From the NCBI GenBank assembly GCA_029258835.1, contig JAPDJY010000030.1:64001-128000 (forward strand): a stretch of 64,000 nt of DNA, written 5' to 3'. Below the pieces are notes generated by a model that made no database searches, was not told where the DNA came from, and was given only the letters and a program-made list of their open reading frames with translations. This document shows positions 29,007 to 39,843 of the stretch, piece by piece (positions within the stretch are counted from its first letter, which is position 1; each line of letters starts with the position of its first letter). The DNA comes from Thermoproteota archaeon. GTDB lineage: Archaea > Asgardarchaeota > Jordiarchaeia > Jordiarchaeales > Freyrarchaeaceae. A program made the translations under genes and the position numbers.

Positions 29007-29734
29007 ATGCTGAGAACCTCCTTCATGCAAGGTATTATTTCCTCAGGCCTTTTTAAAACACGGACTCCTTCAAAACCCGTAAGCCTCCTCACGTTTTCAG
29101 CGTCCACCCTCCTCACAATAGCCTTAACCTTCCTCCCGAACGTTACCGCTCCATAAGGACACTCTCCCACGCAAACCTTACACCCATTACACCTGAGAAG
29201 GTTCACCGAAGGTTTCCCGTCAACTCTCACAATCGCGTTCTCAGGACATCTCTCCTCCGGGGGGCAAGGCGTGCATCCCAAGCACATTTCCCTATCAACA
29301 ACTATGGGTAGCGTAGTCACGACTTCCCCCTCACTATAATCCGTTGGAACAATTAGGACTGGAACCCTGCTTTTCACCGCCTGGGCAAAGGCAGCAGTTA
29401 CCAGCGTGTCACATATTCCAAGGGCCATCTTTGCCACCGTATTTGAGGAAGCGGGTGATATGATGAAAACGCTATATCTGCCTGACGCGAACCTTCCAGC
29501 CTTAGGGAAGCTAAATCCCTCCTCCCTCTCGAGAAATATTTCTTGGTAGTATCCTCCAGGGGCAACCTTCCTCAGCCTTCTGAAGACACCATACATTTTA
29601 GCTACCTCCTCCCCAGCTCTTGAAAGGTACACCGTGACGGCTACGTCTAACTCCTTTTTCATCCTCAAGAAAACCTCTAGAGTCTCCTCCATGAAGTGTC
29701 CTGCACCGGTTATCCCCCATGCAACATTAAACAC
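29003..29734 (-). CDS. dmrX: Dihydromethanopterin reductase (flavoprotein + 2x4Fe-4S)
   Basis: AWGITGAGH, SNTVAK..GICDTL, CLGC..C...CP, CNGCKVC...CP; pterin operon context. Confidence 0.82.
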   Translation of the reverse strand: MFNVAWGITGAGHFMEETLEVFLRMKKELDVAVTVYLSRAGEEVAKMYGVFRRLRKVAPGGYYQEIFLEREEGFSFPKAGRFASGRYSVFIISPASSNTVAKMALGICDTLVTAAFAQAVKSRVPVLIVPTDYSEGEVVTTLPIVVDREMCLGCTPCPPEERCPENAIVRVDGKPSVNLLRCNGCKVCVGECPYGAVTFGRKVKAIVRRVDAENVRRLTGFEGVRVLKRPEEIIPCMKEVLSI

Positions 29735-30830
29735 CGAGATTCCTCCTCAATTCCCTGATTCTCTCAAAGAAAATGTAGTCGAGAACCGTCCCCTTGGCCT
29801 CCTTTATCCTAAGGCTTTCCACAAGTGCCTCGCAGCTTCCACCAGCCAGCCCGTTTGCTATGAGGGCGGCTCCTTGGGCTGCCTCCTTAGCTATCCTTGT
29901 GAACCCCTTCACCCTACGGGTTTGAGCGAAGAACGAAAGTCTCCTCTCTAGCTCTTTCCATATGCTTTCAACCCGTGCCAATCTGCCTGAAAGAAGAATG
30001 CAGTCTACACCGTCTAAAGAAACCATCACCGATGCTACATCTTTAACAGTTCCTTCCATGAGAGCGTCCCATGCGATCCTAAACCTCTCATCCCGACCAG
30101 TCATAAGAGAAAATTCGCTGGGGGTTATATCCTCATACCCTGCAATGTAGGTTGCCCCACCAGTGTATATGAGCCTCTTATCGAACTCACCGAGCAAGTA
30201 TGCCACCTCAGCATCTAATCCTCCACAAGCCATGAATCCAATGCATCCCTCAGCCCCTCCTATAGCGTCCACTATTTCTCCCTTCTGAACTCCTAGAACA
30301 GCCGTGAATCCGCCCCCCATCTCCACTAGTATGAACGACACGTCACCGTACCCTACGTTTCTTTCCCGTGCGGTCTCCCAGAGGGCCAACGCCACACTAC
30401 ATAGCTTATCAGCGGTTCCCATGTCAACCTTGTTAACTTTCCTATGGGGTGGTATGGATGGAAGATGCTTAACACCCGGGATGACGTAACCTTCAACCCC
30501 CTCCTCCCTCAGCAGGGTAACCACCTGCTCGAGCCCTATTACTTGAGCCTCCTTTTCCCTTTTTAACGTTAAAAGGAAAAGCTGGCTTTCATCCAGCTCG
30601 TCAAGCCTCACTAAGGGTAGCCCATACCCGCTTGGAGCCACAACCAAGTCAAGGTCGCCCATAGACTTAACAATGTTAACTATCCGTGACGGCTTCTCAA
30701 CAACTTCTCTCGTAGGTATGGAAGTATCTAAGACAACCTTTTCGTCATCTAATCCTACAATGTCCCATGAACCAGTTCCCGGATCTATACCGCAGACTCT
30801 AACCAAAGAGGCCCCTCCAAGAGGGTTCAC
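29727..30830 (-). CDS. DUF1464 ASKHA (butyrate-kinase-like) protein (start likely TTG 30806)
   Basis: GIDPGT, APSGYG, DMGTADK, KEAAQGAA. Confidence 0.85.
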   Translation of the reverse strand: MNPLGGASLVRVCGIDPGTGSWDIVGLDDEKVVLDTSIPTREVVEKPSRIVNIVKSMGDLDLVVAPSGYGLPLVRLDELDESQLFLLTLKREKEAQVIGLEQVVTLLREEGVEGYVIPGVKHLPSIPPHRKVNKVDMGTADKLCSVALALWETARERNVGYGDVSFILVEMGGGFTAVLGVQKGEIVDAIGGAEGCIGFMACGGLDAEVAYLLGEFDKRLIYTGGATYIAGYEDITPSEFSLMTGRDERFRIAWDALMEGTVKDVASVMVSLDGVDCILLSGRLARVESIWKELERRLSFFAQTRRVKGFTRIAKEAAQGAALIANGLAGGSCEALVESLRIKEAKGTVLDYIFFERIRELRRNLGV

Positions 30831-30838
30831 GAACTCCT

Positions 30839-31834
30839 CTAACTTTCAAGGGATACAATGGACTCCTTGAGAACCTGAGCACCTGAATTATTAACCTTAG
30901 CGATAAACGCCTCTCCCCTACCCGAAAGGAACGCCTCAACATTTGATAGGAGCGAAGAAGCACTCCTCCACCCATCGATAACCCCGAATACCGCCGGGCC
31001 GAATGAGCTCATACCAGCTCCAGCAGCCCCGCACTTCAACATTAAATCCATCAACTCTTTAACGTCCGGCGGCTGAAGCGAAACCTCGATCCTCTTGAAT
31101 CCGACATTCTGGATTTCCGTTAATCCCTCTCCAAAGGACGATATGTCACCCTCCACCACAGCTGGGATGATCTTCATGAGAATAATGTGGCATAACCTCT
31201 CAACTTCCCTTCTAGGAATAGGACAGTATTCCTCGAAAATGCGCACCTCCCCCGGACCGTGGGCTCCTCTCCCAATATCCGGTATGCCAACAACAAAAAA
31301 CCAGTTACTTGGAAGCTCATGTCTGAAAAGCAATGGTGCAGGCGGGGCAGGAGATGCTGAAGATGGCAGGAAATGCTCTTTGTCCTTTCCCACTCCGAAG
31401 CTATGTCCCCCATCAAGTATAAATCCTCCAACCTCGAAGGCCGCCACCCCAATCCCTGAGGTCCCTCCCCGCCTAGTTATCCTCGCAAGTCTTCTTGTGT
31501 CAATGTCCACCCCAAGAACAGATGAAGCAGCCGTAGCCACCGCCAGCGAAAGCTGTGTTTTAGAACCTAAACCCACATGTTCGGGAATTGTTTCTAGCAC
31601 CTCTAACTTAACGCCTGCTCCTCCTATCTCACCAATAACCTTCCTTAGTATTTCCTCGGCGACACTCCTCATTTTTCCACGTACTTCTATCGTATCTGAA
31701 AGTGTAGCTTTCACGATCACATTAGGCCTATCCAATGCTACCCCTATTCCTCCATCTACCCTGCCAATTTCCCCGTTTAAGTCTATTAGCGTGAAATGGA
31801 GTCGGGACGGTGTCTTAACCGATACTGTATACAT
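30839..31834 (-). CDS. mptG: beta-RFA-P synthase (GHMP family)
   Basis: TPSRLH, HVGLGSKTQ, RGGTSGIG, GGFILDGGH, GMSSFGP. Confidence 0.92.
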   Translation of the reverse strand: MYTVSVKTPSRLHFTLIDLNGEIGRVDGGIGVALDRPNVIVKATLSDTIEVRGKMRSVAEEILRKVIGEIGGAGVKLEVLETIPEHVGLGSKTQLSLAVATAASSVLGVDIDTRRLARITRRGGTSGIGVAAFEVGGFILDGGHSFGVGKDKEHFLPSSASPAPPAPLLFRHELPSNWFFVVGIPDIGRGAHGPGEVRIFEEYCPIPRREVERLCHIILMKIIPAVVEGDISSFGEGLTEIQNVGFKRIEVSLQPPDVKELMDLMLKCGAAGAGMSSFGPAVFGVIDGWRSASSLLSNVEAFLSGRGEAFIAKVNNSGAQVLKESIVSLES

Positions 31835-32191
31835 TTCCTCACCTTCAAGTGTAATAAATTACACCACACTGTTAAAAATTACATATTAATAGTCCAGATC
31901 AAAGAGAAACTTCAACCTATATAAAGCTTCCCTTAAAGAAGAGCGAACCAGATCAAAACGAGAAGCACCACTACACCCAAGAAAACAAAAGTATCAGTAG
32001 TACCTAACTGAAATAGCCCTTGCCACTATGATTCGCCTAAAGCTGTACATTACTCATCGATGCTAAAACACAGCGGTTAACCGGCTACCTTAACTGTAAA
32101 TTTCCATCCACACATAAAGACGGAAGAATAAATGAAAACGAAGAGTAATAAAGTAACAATGAAAGTGTAAACGGTAAGAAGGAGATGAATC

Positions 32192-32499
32192 CTTGGCTGT
32201 CGTGAGGTTGCGGATGGTAGGTTTCCATCGAAAAAGCTGACAAATACGAGAAGTTTTTAATTGCGAAAGCAGCGCCGGATTATAGCTCCGTTGATGGTTT
32301 ACTAAAAATGTACTTCCTGCGGAGAGATGAAGATGCAATAGCGCACTTCCTCATCATAACCGTTTGGGACTCGTTAGAATCTGTTAAAAGGTTCGCAGGT
32401 AGCAAACCTGAACTTGCAAAATATTATTCCAGAAGACGACAATTTCCTGCTGGAAAAGAAAATATGTATCCCATGTATCACGTGTCTTACGAAAAGTGA
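32192..32499 (+). pseudogene. Frameshifted antibiotic-biosynthesis-monooxygenase (ABM)-like gene
   Basis: Fragments ...YEKFLIAKAAPDYSSVDG...HFLIITVWDSLESVKRFAG..PELAKYY and EDDNFLLEKE lie in different frames. Confidence 0.65.
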
Positions 32500-33128
32500 A
32501 AAGAACACGACGCATTTACATGCCCCCTCTTCCCACATTTATAACTTCCTGTAGGCACCTACTGAACGCATCCCTCCACCCTACTTACTTGAAGGTAGAG
32601 GCGGTTAGCTCGTGATTGCTGGACACAGTTTCTCCTTAAAAAGAAAGTGGAAACCCGACGGTTTTAAGGCAGAGAAACACACAAGGCACGGTGCAGCTGC
32701 CTGCAAACAGGAAACACTCATCCACAGATTCAGCTACTCTATTTTAATATGCAGAATAGACACTTCAAGCGGCTGCAGGGGCTACAGTCAATAGGCGACG
32801 TCCACTATTCAATGTGAAAGCATAATATTCTCTATCATCTAAAATCTAAATTTTAAGGGATTCCACCGAAGTGATACTCGTGCGGTTACTCCTTTTAACC
32901 TATAAGTAAATTATTCATTTCAAGCCTTGTTTTACGCGGGAAACCAGAATTTCAATTCCAATTCAGCTGTCCACATCTAAACAGTAGCGAAGCCATTTTT
33001 GATTAAAACGAAACTTTTGAAGCCTCGATTGAACCCGATTTTTCCGGCTGTGTAATGCTACTTTTTCGTTTAATACTGCAGGTAAAAAGGAAGTCTGGTA
33101 GTTCATACGTACCAGCTTTTTTTGGGGG

Positions 33129-33258
33129 TGGTGCGGCCGCCGGGATACTCACCAGCTGGAAAATCCAAACTGGATTTGAACCCGGGTCACAGGCTAATCC
33201 CGCATACGTTAGTATGCTTGGGGGGCCTGGGTCCTAGACCAGACTAGACCACGGCCGC
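33129..33258 (-). tRNA. tRNA-Gly(CCC) with two introns (37/38, 23 nt; 59/60, 29 nt), CCA encoded
   Basis: GCGGCCGTGGTCTAGTCTGGTCTAGGACCCAGGCCCCCCA[intron]AGCCTGTGACCCGGGTTCAAA[intron]TCCCGGCGGCCGCACCA. Confidence 0.88.
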
Positions 33259-33420
33259 ACCTGTTAAGGAGTAGTGGTTGCACGTCCTTTAAAAATTTTC
33301 GATAGGCTCTGCCCTGCTTTCACTTTACTCTCAAAATGTGATGCTTTCGCCCTCAACCCTAAAATTGAAAAAAAGAAAAATATTTCCATTTGTTAAAGTG
33401 TTGTTGGCAGGTGGGGTATT

Positions 33421-33939
33421 ATGAACGGGTCGAGTGAGGATCTTCCTGAAAAGGCCTTTAAGCTTGGGCGAGAGTACGAGAAAAAATATACTGGATGTGC
33501 ACAAACGGTTATTGCAGCGATATTTGACACGTTAGGCATCAATAATGACGACGTGTTTAAGGCTGCAAGCGGGCTGGCTGACGGGTTAGGGCTAACTGGT
33601 GACGGCTCCTGCGGAGCCCTTGTAGGTTCGTCGATGGTTATAAGCTACTTGTACGGACGGGAGAGAAAGGATTTTCATGACGTTTGGAAACCTATGAAGT
33701 CGTACATTCTAGTCAAGAGGTTGCATGACCAGTTTGTTGAAGAATTCGGCTCATGCAGGTGCTATGATATTCAGAAAAGGCTTATGGGGCGGACATTTAA
33801 CCTCTACGATCCTAAAGAGTTGGAAGAAGCGATAAATCATAGGATGTTCGACTATTGCTCTAGAGTTGTCGGGACGGCGGCTAAGCTTGCAACACGCATC
33901 ATACTGGAGGAGGGGCTCCCAGACTCTAAGAAGACTTAA
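33421..33939 (+). CDS. C_GCAxxG_C_C family putative redox protein
   Basis: GCAQTV, GSCGALVG, GSCRC, C-terminal Cys. Confidence 0.88.
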   Translation: MNGSSEDLPEKAFKLGREYEKKYTGCAQTVIAAIFDTLGINNDDVFKAASGLADGLGLTGDGSCGALVGSSMVISYLYGRERKDFHDVWKPMKSYILVKRLHDQFVEEFGSCRCYDIQKRLMGRTFNLYDPKELEEAINHRMFDYCSRVVGTAAKLATRIILEEGLPDSKKT

Positions 33940-34033
33940 CCTGTCACCTCCGCGCCAGCACCATCATTGAACGCTACGTCGCCCCCTAATACTCACTAAC
34001 ATTGCTAATGGAATTGCGGGTTGAGGAAGTGTT

Positions 34034-35038
34034 ATGCTCCCAATAGGTAAAGTTCCTAATGATATTCTAGAGAGAGTCGTCTTTAAGCGTACTGGTGCTA
34101 AGCTAGATAGAGTTGTTTTAGGGCCTGCAATAGGGGAGGATGCGGCAGTAGTAGATATGGGTGACAGGTACGTTGTGATCGCATCCGATCCTATAACGGG
34201 GGCGAGCAGCGGCATAGGATGGTACGCTGTCCATGTTAATGCTAATGATGTAGCTGTAAGAGGAGCCACCCCCCTTTTCCTTACGTTAACTATTCTCCTT
34301 CCCAAGGATGTTAGCGTTGGGCTGCTGGACGAGGTTGTTAGCGACGCCCACTCCGCGGCGGTGGAACTGGGCGTATCCATAGTTGGAGGACATACGGAGG
34401 TTGTCTCGTTTCTAAGCCACCCCGTGGTTTGTGGAACGATGATCGGCGAAGTCGAAAAAGGAAAGCTTGTTACCACTGGCGGGGCTAAGCCCGGAGATGT
34501 AATACTTATTACCAAACACGCAGGTTTAGAGGGGGCTTCGATAATCGCGTCGGAGCGGTATAACGAGCTGGTTGAGGTGGTTGGACGGGGTGTTCTTGAA
34601 AGAGCTAAGAGCTTCTCTAGGATGCTAAGCGTCGTCAAAGAGGCTCTTGCTCTCAATGAAGGCTGCAAGGTAACCGCCATGCATGATCCAACTGAGGGCG
34701 GCGTCATAGGGGGGTTAATAGAGCTCTCTATAGCTTCAAACGTGGGGTTTAGGGTTGACGGGGCGAAGATACCTGTTGCCGAGGAGACGAGAAGGATATG
34801 TGAAGTACTGGGAGTTAACCCGTTAAGACTCATTTCAAGCGGTGTCTTACTTGCCACCGTGGACGAGGAAGCCGTCGATGATGCGGTTAAAGCCTTAAAG
34901 GATGCTGGAGTGAAATTTAGCATTATAGGTGAAGTTGTTGATGAAGGAAGAATTATAGAAGGACCGGAGGGAAAAGTGTATTTAAGAGATGAAATAGTGG
35001 AAGAGCTGTGGGTGGCGCTCGAGAGGGAAATCGATTAG
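34034..35038 (+). CDS. AIR-synthase-related (HypE/ThiL/PurM-fold) protein
   Basis: GEDAA, SDPITG, NANDVA, GGHTE, MHDPTEGG. Confidence 0.88.
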   Translation: MLPIGKVPNDILERVVFKRTGAKLDRVVLGPAIGEDAAVVDMGDRYVVIASDPITGASSGIGWYAVHVNANDVAVRGATPLFLTLTILLPKDVSVGLLDEVVSDAHSAAVELGVSIVGGHTEVVSFLSHPVVCGTMIGEVEKGKLVTTGGAKPGDVILITKHAGLEGASIIASERYNELVEVVGRGVLERAKSFSRMLSVVKEALALNEGCKVTAMHDPTEGGVIGGLIELSIASNVGFRVDGAKIPVAEETRRICEVLGVNPLRLISSGVLLATVDEEAVDDAVKALKDAGVKFSIIGEVVDEGRIIEGPEGKVYLRDEIVEELWVALEREID

Positions 35039-35160
35039 ACATCCCTTTCACTCTCAACCGGACGCCATCAGCTAAACCAGAGATCATACACCACATCTCC
35101 ATGATTATGAACGGAGTATTTTTATTTTTATTTTCTCTTTATCTAATGAGAAACTAACTT

Positions 35161-36042
35161 ATGCCTGCTTTAAGGGGTTTCAGAATGGGGAGAGTTAAAG
35201 TTAGCGAAAGAACCTTAGAGCTGTGGGACGAGTTCGTATCCCCCTTCCTACCTAAGGATAACTTCCTTTACAAGCCGTACACAGATTACACCTTTAAGGG
35301 TGTTGATCGAGGGAAGGAAATAGTTGACTTATTCGGATACATTAAAATCCCCGTTAAAGGGAAAATAGTTCTCGATCTTGGACTGGGAGCTGGCGGAATA
35401 TCCATAGCGTTCTCGATGAGCGGGTCAAGAGTCGTTGGAATAGACATTGAGAAGTACTATCCACGCATAGCCCAGTCATGGGCACGAGACAATAAGGTTG
35501 AGGTGGATCCCCTCCTAGCCAGCGGCACCCACCTGCCATTCAGAGACTCATCCTTCCACATAGTGGTCTGTAACGACGTGATAGAACACGTAAACAACGC
35601 TGAAAAATGCTCGGAAGAAATAAGTAGGGTACTTAAAAACAGGGGGAAACTATACATAACGTGCCCTAACAGGATCGCCCCCCTCATAGTGGCGAGAGAT
35701 GGACACTATGGCCTCCCCCTCCAGTCTCTAATGCCAAAGAAGCTGGCTGACGCCTATGTTAGAGCCGCAAGAAGAGCAGTGCACGACAACGTACCCTACC
35801 AGCCAACCTTCACCGGTCTAGTTGAACGCTTCAGGAAGCTTGGAATAACCCTGTACTCCGTAGAGTTAAGCTTAAAACTAAAATCCTTCTTTGACAGCAA
35901 GGACAACAGTGTGCTTTCTAAGGTTAAGAGAGCAATAGCCAAAGTCTTCCCTGGACTCGTCGAAATATACTCTCGGCACTTCTTCCTAAAGTGGTTCACT
36001 CCCTTATGGAGGTTCATAGGAGTGAAAACCAGAGAAGGATGA
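35161..36042 (+). CDS. Class I SAM-dependent methyltransferase
   Basis: VLDLGLGAG, LPFRDSSF, NDVIEHV, RVLK..G. Confidence 0.85.
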   Translation: MPALRGFRMGRVKVSERTLELWDEFVSPFLPKDNFLYKPYTDYTFKGVDRGKEIVDLFGYIKIPVKGKIVLDLGLGAGGISIAFSMSGSRVVGIDIEKYYPRIAQSWARDNKVEVDPLLASGTHLPFRDSSFHIVVCNDVIEHVNNAEKCSEEISRVLKNRGKLYITCPNRIAPLIVARDGHYGLPLQSLMPKKLADAYVRAARRAVHDNVPYQPTFTGLVERFRKLGITLYSVELSLKLKSFFDSKDNSVLSKVKRAIAKVFPGLVEIYSRHFFLKWFTPLWRFIGVKTREG

Positions 36043-36064
36043 GTAAGAGTCAAACTAAAGTGGA

Positions 36065-36196
36065 TGGTGGACCCCGCGGGACTTGTCCACCCTTCAGGTT
36101 TTGAATTCGCGACCCATCCAAGGGTTCCCGCGGCCTCCCGGGTGCAAACCGGGTGCTCTCAGCGCCACAAGCTCTACCAAGCTGAGCTAGGGGCCC
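36065..36196 (-). tRNA. tRNA-Ala(UGC) with three non-canonical introns (22/23, 16 nt; 53/54, 21 nt; 58/59, 18 nt), CCA encoded
   Basis: Removing the three inserts gives GGGCCCCTAGCTCAGCTTGGTAGAGCACCCGGTTTGCACCCGGGAGGCCGCGGGTTCAAGTCCCGCGGGGTCCACCA with G3-U70. Confidence 0.88.
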
Positions 36197-36435
36197 CGAT
36201 CCTATGAAACGAATAGACCTTATTTAAGGTTTATGATAGCTTTCCACATACCTTAACCACCAACGAGTAATTGCAAAGGTTGGTGGCGGCGTCGGCAAGC
36301 TGTGCGGAGACGGATCTGCCAATAGTAAAATTTATATAGAAGTGCTGTTTCACCTGTTTGTTGACGGGAAACGTCCTGTCACTCTCTTCTTACCTTTTTG
36401 TTGGGGGAGAATTAAATCTAATAGGAGGTTAAAAC

Positions 36436-36993
36436 ATGAGCTTCTGGGAGCGAAGGAGACGAAGGCGCTTTCCCTTTGACGAATTCACCGACTGGTTTGA
36501 AGAGTTCGAGGAGATGATTGAAGAATTCTTCCGTACATCACCTTTCAGGGATCTAGACAAAATGCTTAAAGACCTGCCGAAAACACGGTTATCAGATGGG
36601 ACAGAGGTTACTGGCCCTATAGTGTGGGGGTGGAGCATAAAGATCGGGCCTGACGGGAAACCTGAGGTCCGCGAATTTGGTAACGTCCCACGTTACACGG
36701 GTGAGCCGTCTCCATCCCTAATAAGGGAGGTTAGGGAGCCCCTCGTAGACGTAGTTGAAGGTGACAAGGAGATAATAGTTGTTGCGGAGACGCCTGGAGT
36801 TGATAAGGAAGAAATATCGCTGAATTGTACTGAAGATGAGCTTGAGATAAAAGCGGGAGATAAGTATTATAAGCGTGTTAAGCTTCCAGCACCTGTTAAG
36901 CCTGATGAGGCTAAAGCAAGCTACAAGAATGGGATTTTAGAAGTGAAGATACCCAGGCTGGAAAAGAAAGGACACGGGATAAAAGTAGAGTGA
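36436..36993 (+). CDS. hsp20: Small heat-shock protein Hsp20
   Basis: [32 protein letters not shown]. Confidence 0.93.
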   Translation: MSFWERRRRRRFPFDEFTDWFEEFEEMIEEFFRTSPFRDLDKMLKDLPKTRLSDGTEVTGPIVWGWSIKIGPDGKPEVREFGNVPRYTGEPSPSLIREVREPLVDVVEGDKEIIVVAETPGVDKEEISLNCTEDELEIKAGDKYYKRVKLPAPVKPDEAKASYKNGILEVKIPRLEKKGHGIKVE

Positions 36994-37024
36994 TCTGGAT
37001 GCTCGTAAGTGGAGGTGTCAGAAG

Positions 37025-38668
37025 ATGAGTATGGGTGGAATACCCGTCCTAATATTGAAAGAAGGATCTGAAAGGACACGTGGACGCGACGCCCAGAGAT
37101 CCAACATAATGGCTGCACGCGTGATAGCTGAAGCGGTCAGGACCACTCTTGGACCTAGGGGAATGGACAAGATGCTCGTGGACTCGCTTGGAGATATTAC
37201 CATCACGAACGATGGGGCAGCGATCCTAGACGAGATAGACGTGCAGCATCCCGCCGCTAAGATGATGGTTGAGGTGGCTAAGGCGCAGGATGACGAGGTC
37301 GGTGACGGAACCACGACAGCAGTAATCGTCGCCGGTGAGCTACTTAAAAAGGCGGAGGAGTTACTAGATCAGAAGATCCATCCGACGGTCATAGTGGGAG
37401 GTTTCAAGAAAGCGGCTGATAAGGCTGAGGAAGTCCTAAAGAGCATGGCTACGGACGTTAAACCAGAGGATAAAGAGACGCTGTTTAAGATTGCTGCCAC
37501 GGCAATGAACAGTAAGGCTGTAGCCGGCGCTAGGGAGCACCTTGCTAGGATAGCCGTGGACGCCATACTTCAAGTTGCTGAGGAGGTTGACGGGAAGCTT
37601 GAAGCCGACAGGGACATGGTCAACCTTCTTAAGAAGCAAGGTAAGAGCCTACTTGAGACCGAACTAGTTAGGGGCATGGTCATCGACAAAGAGGTAGTGC
37701 ATCCAGCGATGCCGAAGAGGGTTAAAGATGCAAAGATAGCGCTCCTAGACGCGCCGCTCGAAGTCGAGAAGACGGAGTTCGATGCGGAGATCAGGATAAC
37801 AGACCCATCCCAGATGAAGATGTTCCTCGAAGAGGAGCAAAGGATCCTTAAGGATATGGTTGAAAAGATAAAGGCGTGCGGTGCCACGGTCCTCTTCTGC
37901 CAGAAGGGTATCGACGACCTAGCCCAACACTACCTAGCGAAGGCAGGAATAATGGCTGTTAGACGTGTGAAGAAGTCTGACATGGAGAAGCTATCTAAGG
38001 CTACGGGAGCAAGAATAGTGACGAACCTCGACGACTTGACATCTGAATCCTTAGGTGAAGCTGGACTGGTTGAGGAAGTTAAAATAGGCGAGGATAAAGT
38101 GGTGTACGTCAGGGACTGCAAGAATCCTAAGGCGGTAACGATAGTTATACGTGGCGGAACCGAGCACGTAGTCGACGAGGCTGAAAGAGCACTTAACGAT
38201 GCTCTTTGCGTTGTACGAGACGTGATAGAGGATCAGAAGATCGTCCCGGGCGGAGGCGCCGCAGAGGTGGAAGTTGCAAGGCAGCTAAGGAAGTACGCTG
38301 AGTCCATAGGAGGCAGGGAGCAGCTGGCGATTGAAGCCTTCGCAGACGCGATAGAAGTAGTCCCTAGGACCTTAGCCGAGAACTCAGGTCATGACCCGCT
38401 CGACGTGATAGTGTCCTTAAGGGCGAAGCACGACAAGGATGGCACAGCAATAGGTTTAAACATTCAAACCGGCGAGCCTGACGACATGGTTAAGCTTGGA
38501 GTCCTTGAGCCACTCAGAGTTAAAATGCACGCCATAAAAACAGCAAGCGAAGCCGCATCGATGATCCTCAGGATAGACGACGTGATTGCATCGAAGCCTC
38601 ACAAGGAGGAGAAGGAGAAGGGTAAGGGCGGACCAGAAACCATGCCTGGAATGGGCGGTGAATTCTAA
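37025..38668 (+). CDS. ths: Thermosome (group II chaperonin) subunit
   Basis: [26 protein letters not shown]. Confidence 0.97.
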   Translation: MSMGGIPVLILKEGSERTRGRDAQRSNIMAARVIAEAVRTTLGPRGMDKMLVDSLGDITITNDGAAILDEIDVQHPAAKMMVEVAKAQDDEVGDGTTTAVIVAGELLKKAEELLDQKIHPTVIVGGFKKAADKAEEVLKSMATDVKPEDKETLFKIAATAMNSKAVAGAREHLARIAVDAILQVAEEVDGKLEADRDMVNLLKKQGKSLLETELVRGMVIDKEVVHPAMPKRVKDAKIALLDAPLEVEKTEFDAEIRITDPSQMKMFLEEEQRILKDMVEKIKACGATVLFCQKGIDDLAQHYLAKAGIMAVRRVKKSDMEKLSKATGARIVTNLDDLTSESLGEAGLVEEVKIGEDKVVYVRDCKNPKAVTIVIRGGTEHVVDEAERALNDALCVVRDVIEDQKIVPGGGAAEVEVARQLRKYAESIGGREQLAIEAFADAIEVVPRTLAENSGHDPLDVIVSLRAKHDKDGTAIGLNIQTGEPDDMVKLGVLEPLRVKMHAIKTASEAASMILRIDDVIASKPHKEEKEKGKGGPETMPGMGGEF

Positions 38669-38824
38669 AACCATCTTTTTCTCTCTTTCCTTAATTATTC
38701 CCGGTTCTATTCCGATTTCTAAGGGTTCCCTAAATGCTTGAAATTATATCTTAAACCAGGGATAAACCCCCACCTGTCTTCGCTGGTAGTTTATGACCTT
38801 ACAGGAACCCTCTACCCTGTTTTG

Positions 38825-39736
38825 TCATGAAGAGGTTCTTGCCGGAACCTTACCGGATTCTCCTTCCGCTTCATTTCTCAACTTGCATCTGAGTTTATCC
38901 AACAAGTGTTGATAGGTTTCGATTGGCAGTATGTCCTTCTTAATCGGTACTTTCATTCTCATCTTTCTCATGGCTTCCAAGTTTATGATTCCAACCTTGA
39001 AATCCTCCTCTCCAACTTTGCACTCAACAGTCACCCTACCTAGCGGGTCTATCACCCTACTATGGCCAAAGAATGAAACACCTCTTTGCTCCCCTGCAAC
39101 GTTAACATAAACGAGGTATGCTGCGTTCTCGAATGCTCTTACTGGAAGTACCATGTCGAAGAGGCGCTTTGAAGTTACTGGGGCAGCAGAGATATTTATT
39201 ATTATATCAACGTCACAGTATCCGTATATTCTTGACGCCTCGGGAAAGGCGAAGTCGCGGCAAACTTGCAAGCCTATCCTCCCCAGCCGTGTATCGCAAA
39301 CTTTCATTTCCTCCCCTGGCCTGCAGTACAAATGCTCGAAGAACACTCCCCTACCATACTTTCCAGTCGGTAGGTGAACCTTGTTGTAAACGTTAACTTT
39401 CCCGTCCGGCTCTAGGAGGATCGCACTGTTGTAAACCACCCCCCTCTGTTTTGACGGCTCTGTTGGAGCGCCGAAAACGATGTGTAGACCTGTTTTAGAA
39501 GCTAAAGATGAAAGTTTCCTTATCGACTCCCCGTCAAGTCGCTGGACACACCTGTAAAACGTTTCAAAATCCTTTCCGTCCATGACCATGTAACCGCAAA
39601 GGCACATTTCCGGGAAAACTATCATTTCCGCCTCTAAACCTGCTGCCCTCTCAATGAGAGAACACATTCTCTTAAGGTTTCCGTCAACGTCTCCACACAC
39701 GCTATTGATCTGCGCTAAGGCGACCTTAAACTCCAT
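38825..39736 (-). CDS. Carbon-nitrogen hydrolase (nitrilase superfamily)
   Basis: FPE, YNKVHL, VCRD catalytic E-K-C triad; ATG 39736 preceded by GGAGG. Confidence 0.88.
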   Translation of the reverse strand: MEFKVALAQINSVCGDVDGNLKRMCSLIERAAGLEAEMIVFPEMCLCGYMVMDGKDFETFYRCVQRLDGESIRKLSSLASKTGLHIVFGAPTEPSKQRGVVYNSAILLEPDGKVNVYNKVHLPTGKYGRGVFFEHLYCRPGEEMKVCDTRLGRIGLQVCRDFAFPEASRIYGYCDVDIIINISAAPVTSKRLFDMVLPVRAFENAAYLVYVNVAGEQRGVSFFGHSRVIDPLGRVTVECKVGEEDFKVGIINLEAMRKMRMKVPIKKDILPIETYQHLLDKLRCKLRNEAEGESGKVPARTSS

Positions 39737-39843
39737 AAATACACCTCCAAACGGCTCAGCTGAAAGAGAAGTTATAGCTGAAAGAATATATAACGTTATA
39801 AGTCCCCTCCCCCCTTCCGGCGCCAAACCTTTTTATCTCCTCC

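Noticed and set aside
33964-34923. 319-aa minus ORF and similar long antisense ORFs (e.g. 31095-31889, 50144-50722)
   Set aside because: Antisense shadows of well-supported genes
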